Assembly (NCBI GenBank): GCA_976226885.1
Contig: OZ320319.1
Coordinates: 67,704,001-67,768,000 of the forward strand
DNA: 64,000 nt
Reading direction: 5' to 3'
From: Iphione sp. A-MEVVRFRX5
Taxonomy: Eukaryota
Shown here: piece after piece, positions 1 through 11,045 of the stretch
Numbering within the stretch: position 1 is the stretch's first letter
How the letters are laid out: each line of letters opens with the position of its first letter
Notes under the pieces: generated by a model
Told to the model about the DNA's origin: nothing
Database searches by the model: none
What the model saw: the letters and a program-made list of their open reading frames with translations, nothing else
Made by a program: the position numbers and the translations under genes

Positions 1-2038
1 TTATAATATCGACATTGTACAGTCACAAAAGTATGTGGGCCTTCAATATAATTTAGGAGATCAAATTATCTGTTAATAATTTGGTAAATTCCGCTAGGTG
101 GCGACAAAAGGAAAAGTATGCTTTGCGTCGGGGCACCACAGGTTTGATGTTAGGAACTTGGGGGAGATTGAATTCCCCGTTCTGCCGCTACATCTATTGA
201 TTTGTATCTATTTGGAAGAACTTAGCGAGATTGCCTTTTAAGCAAACGCAATGTTCATTTCGATGATGCATCCGACTTCTGGCAACCAGACAGACAGCAT
301 TTGCTTGAGTTTAGGTTATATTGAGGATTCACCAATGACCCTTTTCAATGAGATATATTGTTATGCATTAAGGAGGCCAAATTACTATCATTAATTCTGT
401 GGAATCGTATTTTTGGAAATGTTCAATATCATCTTTTTAAATATTTCCCATGGGACGAGCCATTGATTCGTTTGTATGTAAGATGGATTTAACAGTACAT
501 TAAAAGGGTTACATGCTCTAAATTTAAGGAGAAACTATGCACCGAATTGATAACTGCATATGTATATATACATGCAGTTTATTGGTACATTGTCTAACAC
601 AATGCTGGCTGGTGCCCTGTATTCATATATCTGTATATACATATATATCTAATAATAATAAGGTTTTTTTGTCTTATTCTCGTTTTGCATGTGGAAAAAG
701 TTTTTTTTCAGAATACAACATGAGGTGGTAACATATGAACAGTGGTAGTTGTCACTACATTAAGTAATTGTCACTTCATCATGCCTCCTTCAACTTTTGT
801 ATTTGTATTTGTTTTTTATTCCAAAAAATTTCCGAAATTACATCAGAGCTTTCCAGAATTGGAGTACGATGACATCAATTGTGAAACATTAAGACGATTG
901 AAATAAAGATGAATAAAGTTACATTGTCACAAGTTTAGCTTCCCACTTATTACAATACTTTCACAGTAAAAATTCAATTGCAAAATCTCAGTGGCATTAA
1001 AACGTATTTGTAGTGCTGTATAGTTAGCAACCCGGATCACACACTAATCTGTTGTTCTGAAACATCAATTACAATAAGACAATACTCATTTTAGAAGGCA
1101 TACCTTGTTGAAACGTCTGAGATAAAACATCTGAGGCAATATATACAAGGGGTTTAAAGTTCCAGTTTAAACCAAAGGTATCAGTCCAAATGACACTGAC
1201 CATATACATAGGCAAATCATTCTTAACTAAATGCAAAGGCTCTTACAGACTTGTTACTCGATAGACACACTCAACAAAGAGAACACCACACGGTCCAAGA
1301 CATCTATCACTTCCCTATACTATTGGAAGAGATGACATGACACTGCCAAGATTAGGCTATGCCATTGTCGCTCATTATAACAACTCTCAGACAGTCATCT
1401 GGTCATTTACTCCACTAGCTCTAATGTTGATAACCGACTGTACCCAGCATGTGTACACTGTTGTTACCTAGTTTGTCATCACTTGCCCTTCCAGGGCTCT
1501 GACAGACAAACTTCTTGCCTGTTTGAGGCTGTCAGGGAGCTCATTCCAGATTCTCACCCCTTTGTAGCGAAGGCTTTTGGCAAATTTAGTACTTTCAGGC
1601 TTGCCAGTCAGACCTCTGCTTTCACCTCCCCTGCTTGTCCTGGTGGCCTTGTCCTTTTGGATGAAGCCGAGATTTGTTTGTGGATCGCTATTATTCCGTG
1701 CTGCAAGACAAGATCCTGTACCCTAGGGATTCTGAATCTCCTGTATAGTGTTGCAGAAGAGAGGAAATCGCCTTCCTGCAGACATACCCGTGTGCACCTC
1801 TTAAGGTGCACCTGCAGGCCTATCAGGTCTGCACTAGACAAGGCAAACCATAGAGCCGTAGTAGTAATGGACCAACACAAGTGCTCTTAAGAGTAGGAGT
1901 CGTGACCCATAGGGCAGGAAGCCCTTGGTTCTACTAATTTGTTCGGCAGAGCTTCATGTCTTCGCCTTAGCTGACTAGTCCCTTGTTTGCGCACCATGTG
2001 GACACAGCATTCAGTGCGTGCTGTACCACTCCTCGTAG

Positions 2039-2722
2039 TCACAAGAGATCCTTTGAAAACACCAGGACCGACACATCATCAGCGTAGATAACTGCTTTGC
2101 TGTCTCGAGGAAGCACATCCACCACTGTGTTGATCGCTAGAGTGAAGGCTACTGGTCTGAATATGGACCCTTGGGGGACTCCTTGTCTCAGAGTCAGCAT
2201 ACTTGAATCCTTGTTGTGGCAGCACACAAAATGTCTGCATCCACTCAGATTAGAGGCAACTATAGCCCTAAGCTTGTGTCCAGCACCCATATCTGTAAGG
2301 CGTTTGACCACAGTGCCATGAGGCACTAGGTTGAATGCCTTCTTTAGATCAAAGGTCAGTAGCGCCACATAAGCTCCTTTGTTGATGAGCTCTGAAGCAT
2401 CGTTGATCAACTTTACGATGACTGCTTCCATCCCATGCCCCACACGGAAACCATGTTGTGCATGGGTGATCGCATCCCTTCTCTCCAGCTGTTGCACCAT
2501 GTCCCTGATAAACCAATGCTCACAGATTTTGCTGGGCAATGGAAGTATTGACACAGGGCGGTAGTTCCCTAGGCAATCTGCATCACCTCTGTTGACGACA
2601 GGAGTGACCCGAGCCACCTTCCATGCTTCCGGAAACCACCCTGTGTGATAAATCTGGGCAAACATCGATGACAGAAAGTCAGGACAAAGCTGCAGTAAGG
2701 GCTTAAGCACCCTTGTGGGCAT
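2039..2722 (-). pseudogene. Reverse transcriptase core fragment of the LINE
   Basis: Open frame of 227 aa carrying the non-LTR RT motifs through YADD, interrupted by stops on both sides. Confidence 0.92.
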
Positions 2723-3939
2723 GCCTTCAATTCCTGAGGACTTATTAGTCTTTATTTGACTGACCAGTGAGTAAGTTTCACGTGGTGAAGGTGGCCTGAT
2801 TTCAAACCCTTCACCATGGATATAGTCAGCTGCTGTGGAGTTTTTTTAGAGCCACACTGCTGACTAGTGACTCCACTTCTTTCACGAAGTATTCGTTGAA
2901 GGCATCCTCTAGATCCCAGTCATGTTGTGATCTCCACTCGTTCCAGTCCAGAAGGGTAGCCTTATGAGACTTCTGCCCTAGTGCATCATTTAGGCACTCC
3001 CATAGCTCAGACACATTATGTCATGGGTTTCTGACTAGGTATTTTTTCCTTGGGAAACAACAATTAATGTTACACTGTGCACTGATTTCTATTTTCTCTA
3101 AGATATCCACAATATCTCTGTTATGAATTTCCCTGTCCTTAATACCTCTTTTAATACTCCTGTTGTTTACTCTTTGTAGGTTTGTTCATTGTGTGTTTGT
3201 GGGTACCACATAATATATATGAACACACTTAAATAATCACATTGTGGATCTAGGAATATGATACACTTTCCTCCATATGTATAATTCAGAAGTCGTGACT
3301 ACATCTACTCTCTCGGATATGCTGAGGAATTCCTTTTCAGTCTCTTAAGACAAAGCTACAGTTAGATTAAAATGAGGTAAAGTTGACCACTAGAGAAAAT
3401 ATTAGTAGTGCGCTGTATAATATGGTAAGTGCTGCCATCTGTAGTCATTGGAAAGACGTATATCATTCAAGTGCAGTACTAAACATGTTTGTCTCGGCAA
3501 ACCTGGGGCTCGCTGTAAACCGCACTGGTTCTGTAGATGGACGTCTTCCCCAGTCAGAAAGACAAATAGACCTGGACCATTCAAGGATGGCCCATATTCG
3601 GCCCCTCGCACGCAGTTTCCAATTTTGGAGGCAATCACTATGGTATATATTGTCATGCCAGAACAATGATCTGATCAGCCTTTTCCAACTTCAAAGTACC
3701 CTCGCTTCGTCTACCTCTATGCTCCTACCTTGCTCCTGCTAAGACTTTTCTGGTTGTATATTTTGTGACTGCCTCTGTTGCAGCCACTTTTTTAAACTTC
3801 GGCCAAGGCTACAACCTGTATGGGTGGCAGGCATGACTTGCCTTATCTGTGCATTGTCCATATGGGTGTATACATGTTTTATCCCATTAGGCCAAAGAAA
3901 CTCGAAAGTGTTTTAAGTGTTTGTCTAGGATATGATTTC

Positions 3940-4010
3940 TCTCTCTCCCTCTTTCTTTTCTCGCTAACTGAAATCTATCAGACTGAACCAACTCTCTCTC
4001 TCTCTCTCTT
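3940..4010. repeat. Interrupted (CT)n microsatellite
   Basis: Direct reading of the sequence. Confidence 0.8.
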
Positions 4011-4695
4011 TTTAGTTTATCGAAGTTTCTCTCTCAACACTGTTTTATCTTCATTTACCTTTTCTAGACCTCTTTCTTGTTTGCCTCTAGATTTCCCTCT
4101 GGCCACTTGAACTTGATGGCGTGGAACCCCCTGAAAGCTCACGAGGTAACCCATTGAGGTGTTGCCTGCAGTGATCACTTGAACGGCCATCTCGTCTGAT
4201 TATTCAATTCTTGGTTGGTTCCTTTACCAGGAAGAAAACATTTGGTGCAAGCACCTTTTGTTTATGTCATGTCAGCTAACAAACACCTCGGACTTTTCTA
4301 CTACATAAAGCACCTCTGCCTGGTCTTCCTCTCTATGTCATCTACCATCCCCCAAGTACTTCTATTTCCCTGTTATTTAACTGTTTGTACAGGGTCTTTA
4401 AGTTCGCTGAGGAATTCACCCTGCTGGGGATTTTGAACTTTCGTTGGCACATGATTAATCTTCCATGTGCATAGCCCATATAGATGTCAGTGCTCTTATC
4501 CACTAGGCCACACAAACTGCAAAATAGTTAGAGCAACGTTTTTAACAATTATAGATCTATTTCCAAGTGTTGATATTTTATCAAAAGATAAAAGATTGTT
4601 AGAGAATTCGCTTTGCATTATACATATTCATATTTGATAATGTCGAGGCGAGACTCCCTATACCCTACCTACACTATGAGTGAAGGGTATCTTTA

Positions 4696-5035
4696 GGCCA
4701 AAAAAATAGGTGTGTTTCTGGTCACACATCCCTACCTAGTAAAACCTCACCCTACCTAAAAGTTTTTTGGCCCCAAAGAGTTTCCAAGGCTGAATTTTCT
4801 TAGATATATGTTCTCACCACACATGTTCTGCTAGATTCAGTAGAAAAACAACAAAATCCATGGAAAGTCAGCAAATAACTATAATTAGGTCGAAATTCTT
4901 CATATCATCATATTATTGTTGAAAACCTGAGGAAGGAAGTGGAAAGAAAATTTTAAAGAATAAAGCTACCCCCCTCCCTACATAGGCTTTTGGGTGGTTG
5001 TTACCAGAAACACACCTATTTGGGGGGGGGGGGGC
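4696..5035. mobile_element. PIF/Harbinger-like MITE, copy A
   Basis: TIR GGCCAAAAAAATAGGTGTGTTTCTGGT ... ACCAGAAACACACCTATTT (the terminal T-run is replaced by a G-run). TTA flanks both ends (4693-4695, 5036-5038). TWA target duplication is typical of PIF/Harbinger. Confidence 0.75.
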
Positions 5036-6309
5036 TTAGCTTAATCACCAGTAAAATATGCTATAACCTGTAGTAAAGTTTACCTTTTTCGGTAAATTCA
5101 TCAGGGGGGACCCCTAACACCACCTTTTCCCATCAGATTCCAACAATGCCGATTACTTCATCCTTACTTTAAGAACAGATGTATTTTTTATTTTCGTTTT
5201 CGTTCTTTAAACCCCACTGTCTCTCTTAGTCGCTTTTCTATAATGAATCAAACAGTATTATATTACTATTTTACTTACTTTGAAAGCCCTCTTAACCTTC
5301 ATTTCGGGGGCCCAATCTTCTTGGCTGGGTCAGCAAATTACATATTCGGAGGGTCGGATACGTGTACTTTAAAATAGATAATGGTCCTCCTCGGGTGTTG
5401 CCATTATGGTCCAGAATTATTTTACTATTCAGTCGACTACTATTCAATCTCGCAAACAGATACACTTGGATAAACGATATCATATCATTGGTTACGACAA
5501 TATTGATTTGAATAGAGAAAATTTCCAATAGCTCACAGGCCCATATCATGCCACCCAGTTCTGCTGACGATAACTTGTGATGCTTCTCAGTAATCACAGA
5601 TTTGAAGTACATCATGACTGAAATTAATGTAATACGCCGAACATTCCTAATGCAATTAATTCTAGTCACCATGTCTGCAGATGCTGTTCACGGCAGGTGC
5701 CGTTCAATCCTCCTATTGTGGAGTTGGCATTTCCTATTTTCTTCACGTCTTCTCATTCTGGTACTTTTCACGCAAACCCCTAGCGTAATGTTACGAATCA
5801 CATTCATGTCGACCAACGGAAATCTATAGCCGACTAAAAGCGAAAACTCATTTACTGCTGCTGATGAGCCTAAGGTTCCTGCGTGCTGAATTCGCCGGTG
5901 TGGTTCTGTCAATGAAGACTAGAATATGGTCTATTGATCACAATGGTTCAAAATCGGGGCCAGCCCATGGAAGGATGATCTAAGATGAGCGTTAACACAA
6001 CATGATCATCCCAAGCAGCATCGACGACAGTCCTTCTCCAGTACGTTCTCCTGTGCCAAGCATTTTCTGCTAGTTATAATGTCGTATCTTTTCTATAACT
6101 ACGTCACTGCTGTCCTTTAATGTTGCCACCTACGGTTACCCTGTTGGACGAAGTGCTGTAAGAATGAGTCATTATAGATAATAATCCACAAGAACGCATG
6201 TCTCTTCATATTCTAAATGGTGTCCACTGACATATGTATATATACATACTTTCAGAAAGACGTGATTGGTGGGGGGGTCGTTTTTCAGTTCATGTGGAAC
6301 TCTATCACT

Positions 6310-6420
6310 TAGGCCTCAATGCAAAATACGTTTCCGGTAGCCCGATCGACCCTGATTTTTTTCAGCTATTGAAAGTTTACATCCTGTCACCAGAAAAACA
6401 GGTATTTTATGCCTTATTCA
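6310..6420. mobile_element. Fragment related to the GGCC/TTA MITE family
   Basis: TTA|GGCCTCAATGCAAAATACGTTTCCGGTAGCCCGATCGACCC resembles the termini of the copies at 45085 and 15352. Confidence 0.4.
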
Positions 6421-7039
6421 TGACATCGTAGTTATTTGTGATAATTAATATCAAATGTATACATTTGACTTTTTGGCAAACGTGTACAAGGATACCTGTG
6501 TTTTGGAACATTGCTAGATGTCCGTTTAGAGTGCCTGGTTTCATCGTTACCTGGGTAAAGTCATCATTTCAGTACAGATTGACCGAAAAACCTTCTCATG
6601 TAAAGGTCAGGCCGCGGACTCGATACGACAGTTAATTGATCAACCCGACACCTCAGTAATACTGTTTTAATATCTTAAATTAGCAGTCCCAGGCCAAGAA
6701 CACGGTCATGCAATGAAGAGCTGTGGGAATTAAACGATCGAAGACATGAGCAATTTTGGAGTAGGGCCAGGTGGCGGGTTCAACTGTTTTTCCAGGTGAC
6801 GAAACCTTCTCGGTTGGATGTCCTAACTTTCATTCGACCATAGGCAGTGATTGCATCTGATGCAGTCTGTCCTTTTGAAAACACCCATGGAAAACAGGCA
6901 ATAGTCATCCCGGTAATATTTAGAAGGAGAACGTCTACGACGTGTGTCTGGGTTTTAGAGGGTAATAGAAATAAAGAGAGGTGCCTTTTAAAGGCTGGCT
7001 TGCAATGCCACCACCACCACCCACGGAGCCGTTATGAAG

Positions 7040-7820
7040 AGATGCGTGAACGGCCTGCCGCCTTATTAGCCTCGCCGGGGCAGCGGGTGTTTGAGAAGGG
7101 AGGTATGGGCGGCGGCCGACCTGTCGGAGAGGCGCGCTACAAGTGACTGAGGGTTGACCTCCCGCGTCTTCACGCTTCAGTGCCGCTGGTTCCCTTGTTC
7201 AACAGACGCTGCAGAACGGCAGCATGGCAGCCTGGGTGCCAGGAGGCGCCTTCGTGCATACTGCTCCGCGGGGTTCAGCGACCGACGCGAACTGAGCGTT
7301 CAGGTGAGCGGCGCTGCTCAGGACCATCTATTCAGATCCGAGGCGAGGAGGCGCGAGTTGCGGGCTGCTTAGCCGTTTTCAACCGTTGTTTTGTTACTCG
7401 TCGAGATACGCCGAGTCCCGGGCCGAGTCATAGCTGAACGCGCATTCTATACTCACAGGCGACAGATGGGACGAACGCGTCCGTGACGGTGAAGGAGAGA
7501 GGTGGAGTGGGTGCATGCTGTGTTGGTAGTAGTGGTAGTGACGGTCGTGGTGGTCGGGGGGAACTGCGGCGGGTCTGTGTTGAGAAGTTGCCCAAACAAT
7601 ACATCAGGTCCCGCGGTGCTGCACCTGTTCTGCCGAGACACAGCCTGGCCTACAAAAATCATAAAACACCGCAACACTCTCACTTTTCAAGCTTAGCAAC
7701 CGCGGGCCTCATCATACAGGGCGGAGCAAGGAATTGGAGAGGAGCTGCACATCCCAGGGACGCTGTCCAGTCAAGACCCGCGCCGCTGGGAGATAACCCG
7801 TCACATGGTGATTATATGTG
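7040..7820 (+). promoter_or_regulatory. GC/CpG-rich region: probable promoter and first exon of the G-alpha gene
   Basis: Sharp local rise in GC and CpG, GGCGG boxes, and a consensus donor CAG|GTGAGC at 7303/7304, upstream of the first recognisable G-alpha exon. Confidence 0.6.
7224..7303 (+). CDS. Candidate first coding exon of G-alpha (needs +1 nt after the ATG to be in frame), or a uORF-bearing 5' UTR exon
   Basis: ATG at 7224 in good context (GCAGCATGG). As read, its frame stops at 7293-7295. The frame that is phase-0 at the donor reads GSLGARRRLRAYCSAGFSDRRELSVQ and joins the 13776 exon in frame. Confidence 0.45.
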
Positions 7821-9158
7821 CGCACGTATGCCTAACCTAATTCTACAAGATGAATTCTTTTAGTCACTACTCGCTTCTCGTGCGGAACCAGGCTTCAATG
7901 TGACGCGCCTATTTGTACGGACAGGAACTTATATTAGTACATGTATCTGCAAATAGGGGACCCGCAGCGCGGACAGAAACAATGCACCCTCTGGTGACGG
8001 ATGTATATAAAGTTGGACTCGTAATTATGAGTACTAGTACTGTTAACTGTGATTAGCCTTTATTTCCTTAACGCATATACATAGAGCCACACACACTGCA
8101 CTACAGCTGGCCAGCACTGGTGTCACTGTATTGGCAGGCCTCAATCGTAAATCGATCTCGGGTCCGGATCCCAGCACGATTAGAAGATGCTGGTTTGATG
8201 AGAGGGTCATGTGATTGGGTCAAAACCATGTCCTACTCATTAGTCTGAGAGAGAGGAATTTCCTGTGACAGAAAATATTTACTCTGTCGGATACACGGAG
8301 AGACAAAAGACGCTTATACAGAGAGAGTACACAAGGAGGTCTGTTCAAGTTTAGCTTCTTGCAGTCCGAGAAATTACCGTCTCCGCTGTTCAACTCATAA
8401 ACGCATCCACCTGTTGCCTAATGCCCAAACAGCCCACTTCATCAACATAAAATCAAAGATCAGACTGACTGGTCAGCTATACACGCGACACCCTGACCCC
8501 AGTATATCCTTCATTCATCCCCCAAAATGGACTACCGTAAAGCACACGACGAAATGGTGGCACATTTTAGTAGATTGGTGAGTAAAATAATAGTTTTTTA
8601 AGCTTCCTAATTATTTGATTAGAAGACAATCAACATCACGCACCTGAGCACAAGCATTATTCTGGACATCTTCAGTCATTTTTTTGCCGTTAATACTACA
8701 ATGTTCTGTCATATCCAAGGCCTCTTATTTTTAGAATCTTCAGAATCTTTACTTTATCTGATTTAGTATACATTGTACTCTCATGTGATAGAGTTTGTGA
8801 AATAGCAAGATCGACAATCTGATTATCAGTGTAGAGATCCATGTGCGTAGATAGATTACACGTACATGTTTTCATGTGCATTTCAATGTTTTTCTTTTGT
8901 TGTTTCGTTTTTTTATGACTCATTGGATTACTGCGTAACTTGATAACTAATCCCTCTGCCTTTTCGGCTCTTTCTTGACTCACCTTTACGAACTTTCCCC
9001 TTTACCTCCCCGTTTACTAAAACAGTACACAATCCTACCCCTAAATTATATCAAACTCTGTCGAACTCTACCTTAGTCCGCCTCACTAAGTTATGACTCT
9101 AGTCGTCCTCCTTCTTATTAAGTTGTGTGACAGTTGCCTAGAGTAACAAGCACTATAA

Positions 9159-9443
9159 GGCCAAAAAATAGGTGTGTTTCTGGTGACCAGCCAAAAACCT
9201 AGGTAGGGAGGGGGTATTTTTTCACTTTCTTCCTCTGTTTTCAATAATAATGACAATATGAAGAATTTTGGCCAATTTGCATGAGTTTTACATTTTTTTG
9301 TTGAATTTCCATGGTTTTTGTTATTTTTCTACTGAATCTACCAAAAATATGCACATTAAAACACATACCTAAGGAAATTCAGCCTTGGAAACTCTTTGGG
9401 GCCAAAAACTTTTTAGGTAGGGTGAGGTTTTACTAGGTAGGGG
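9159..9443. mobile_element. PIF/Harbinger-like MITE, copy B (inverted relative to copy A, one end truncated)
   Basis: Starts TAA|GGCCAAAAAATAGGTGTGTTTCTGGT. The internal sequence is the reverse complement of copy A (e.g. CAGCCTTGGAAACTCTTTGGGGCCAAAAAC vs GGCCCCAAAGAGTTTCCAAGGCTG). Confidence 0.75.
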
Positions 9444-10956
9444 TGGATTAAGTAATTAGCAAACATGCACATAGACTTTCTTGTGCAATATTTATAATAG
9501 TAATATCTGTAATCAAGCTGAACCCACGTTATGCCAAACACTGTTTAGCTGGATAGATTGAACGTCACTTAGCATTAGACATAATGATGTAGTTTCAAGC
9601 ACTCATAATATAGTAGAAAATTGGTTGCACTTTACGATCTATACTTCGACCGAAAGTGCAGCGACATAGGTATTGACCAGGACGTGTATCCAAACCCAGT
9701 ATCACATATGTAGTTTTATCTTAGCTGAAAATGCAGTTCCGTACACCATAATACAATCCAGAAATATAGTATACATCTACTTGGTCACTGCATTCACAAC
9801 AATTCCACACAGGAGTCGGTAGGTTACTTCAGATGAGAATACGCCCAGTCGTGCGAGCCTAGTCCTGCCATTGTGTACAATGTCAAGTGAGTTATCACTT
9901 ATACAAACATATGTAACCACCTCTATGGATTATAGTGAGCATTATGTGCGAAACAGACCCGGAACTGAGTTTGCAATGTCTGATCGGCTCAAGGGCAAGT
10001 TTGCCATAGTACTTTATTGGTATGTAAGATTAGATAAGGAGAAGACTTTAATTTGGGTGTAAGAACACGGAAAAACAATACGTAAGCTTATTGCAGATCC
10101 CAACTGGGAAGGTTTTGCAGACCTAATCCCCGCTCCTTCGTCATTCTGTTCATCGATATGGAGCCACAGTTAACCATTGTTTAAATAAATGTTCCAAAGT
10201 TTTGGCTTTGAGAAACTTCTATATTGGCTTCTTTCCGGTCTTTCTCTAAAAAATGTTTTCCATTTGTCGGTTGCATTTATTCAATACAATGTAGGGATAA
10301 TCATCAAAAACAGTCGAACTATTAAGCAAATTATCAGTTTCCAGCAAACATGTTTTGGAAGGTCTCATGCAAATTCAAATTTGACAATATTTTTGTGTTA
10401 TATATTTTCACAGAAAAAAGTAATGTAAATATATTCGATCGTTACAATTTTAGTTTGCATTATCCTTGAATTCTTTTGTCCGTTTCCAAAGAAAATAATC
10501 TATACTACTTACTTAAAGTCCTTGATCGTTGTCTTAAGTGGCCTGTTCCAGTGGACACAGATCACATAGAAGATCTCGAATGACAACGTGCTTTAGTGCG
10601 TACCGAAATAGCGATCATTGGATCACTGGAATCGGATAGTGTCTTCTGGTTATCTGAACCAAGTGTTCATAGTATATCAAAATTATTACATTGGTTCTCC
10701 AAGAGCATTTGTTTTCATTAACAGCCGATGGCGCTGTGGATGCGATGCTACCGTTCTAAATAGATTCTCCTAGGTTCTCTTACCACATTTGTTTTCAGCT
10801 TTCTTATGTGGTCATAGACAGTACACATATTCAATCGTAATTTACAGCCCTTCTCACTGAGTGAGGTAGTAATCAATCTAGTGGAGTTACATGGCCAGCA
10901 CATTAAAAAGTGCAGTCAGGAAACTGGCATGGTGTTCTCCATGTGCACAAGCCAGC

Positions 10957-10957
<1 letters not shown>

Positions 10958-11012
<55 letters not shown>

Positions 11013-11045
11013 GAGAGAGAGAGAGAGTGTGAAAGACAGTAGCTA
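10958..11045. repeat. (AG)n microsatellite
   Basis: Direct reading of the sequence. Confidence 0.95.

Larger units (their letters stand above)
1100..4450 (-). mobile_element. Degenerate non-LTR retrotransposon (CR1/L2 group LINE) with remnants of ORF1, APE endonuclease and RT
   Basis: RT motifs in ORF 2039-2722: WKVARVTP, NYRPVSILP, QHGFR, FDLKKAF, GVPQGSIF, YADD. The C-terminal motif RIWNELPDSLKQ is at about 1500-1560. An EN-start-like KIGNCVRG is at about 3620 and GKCIIFLD (degenerate ILGD) at about 3250. An ORF1-like KTLSSFFGLMG..MHR*GK..PPIQVV is at about 3830-3920. There are many stops and frameshifts, and both boundaries are approximate. Confidence 0.85.

Noticed and set aside
5292-5912. 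Cluster of 70-126 aa ORFs upstream of the promoter
   Set aside because: Non-ATG starts, no motifs or splice signals. Possibly an old repeat interior, but unsupported.
7154-7863. Several overlapping ORFs in the GC-rich region
   Set aside because: Stop-poor because of high GC. Better explained as promoter, first exon and intron start.
8696-8983. Lys-rich minus-strand ORF ending KIRGLGYD, faintly like a Maverick/Polinton polB C-terminus
   Set aside because: A single short motif with no other polB motifs in neighbouring frames.
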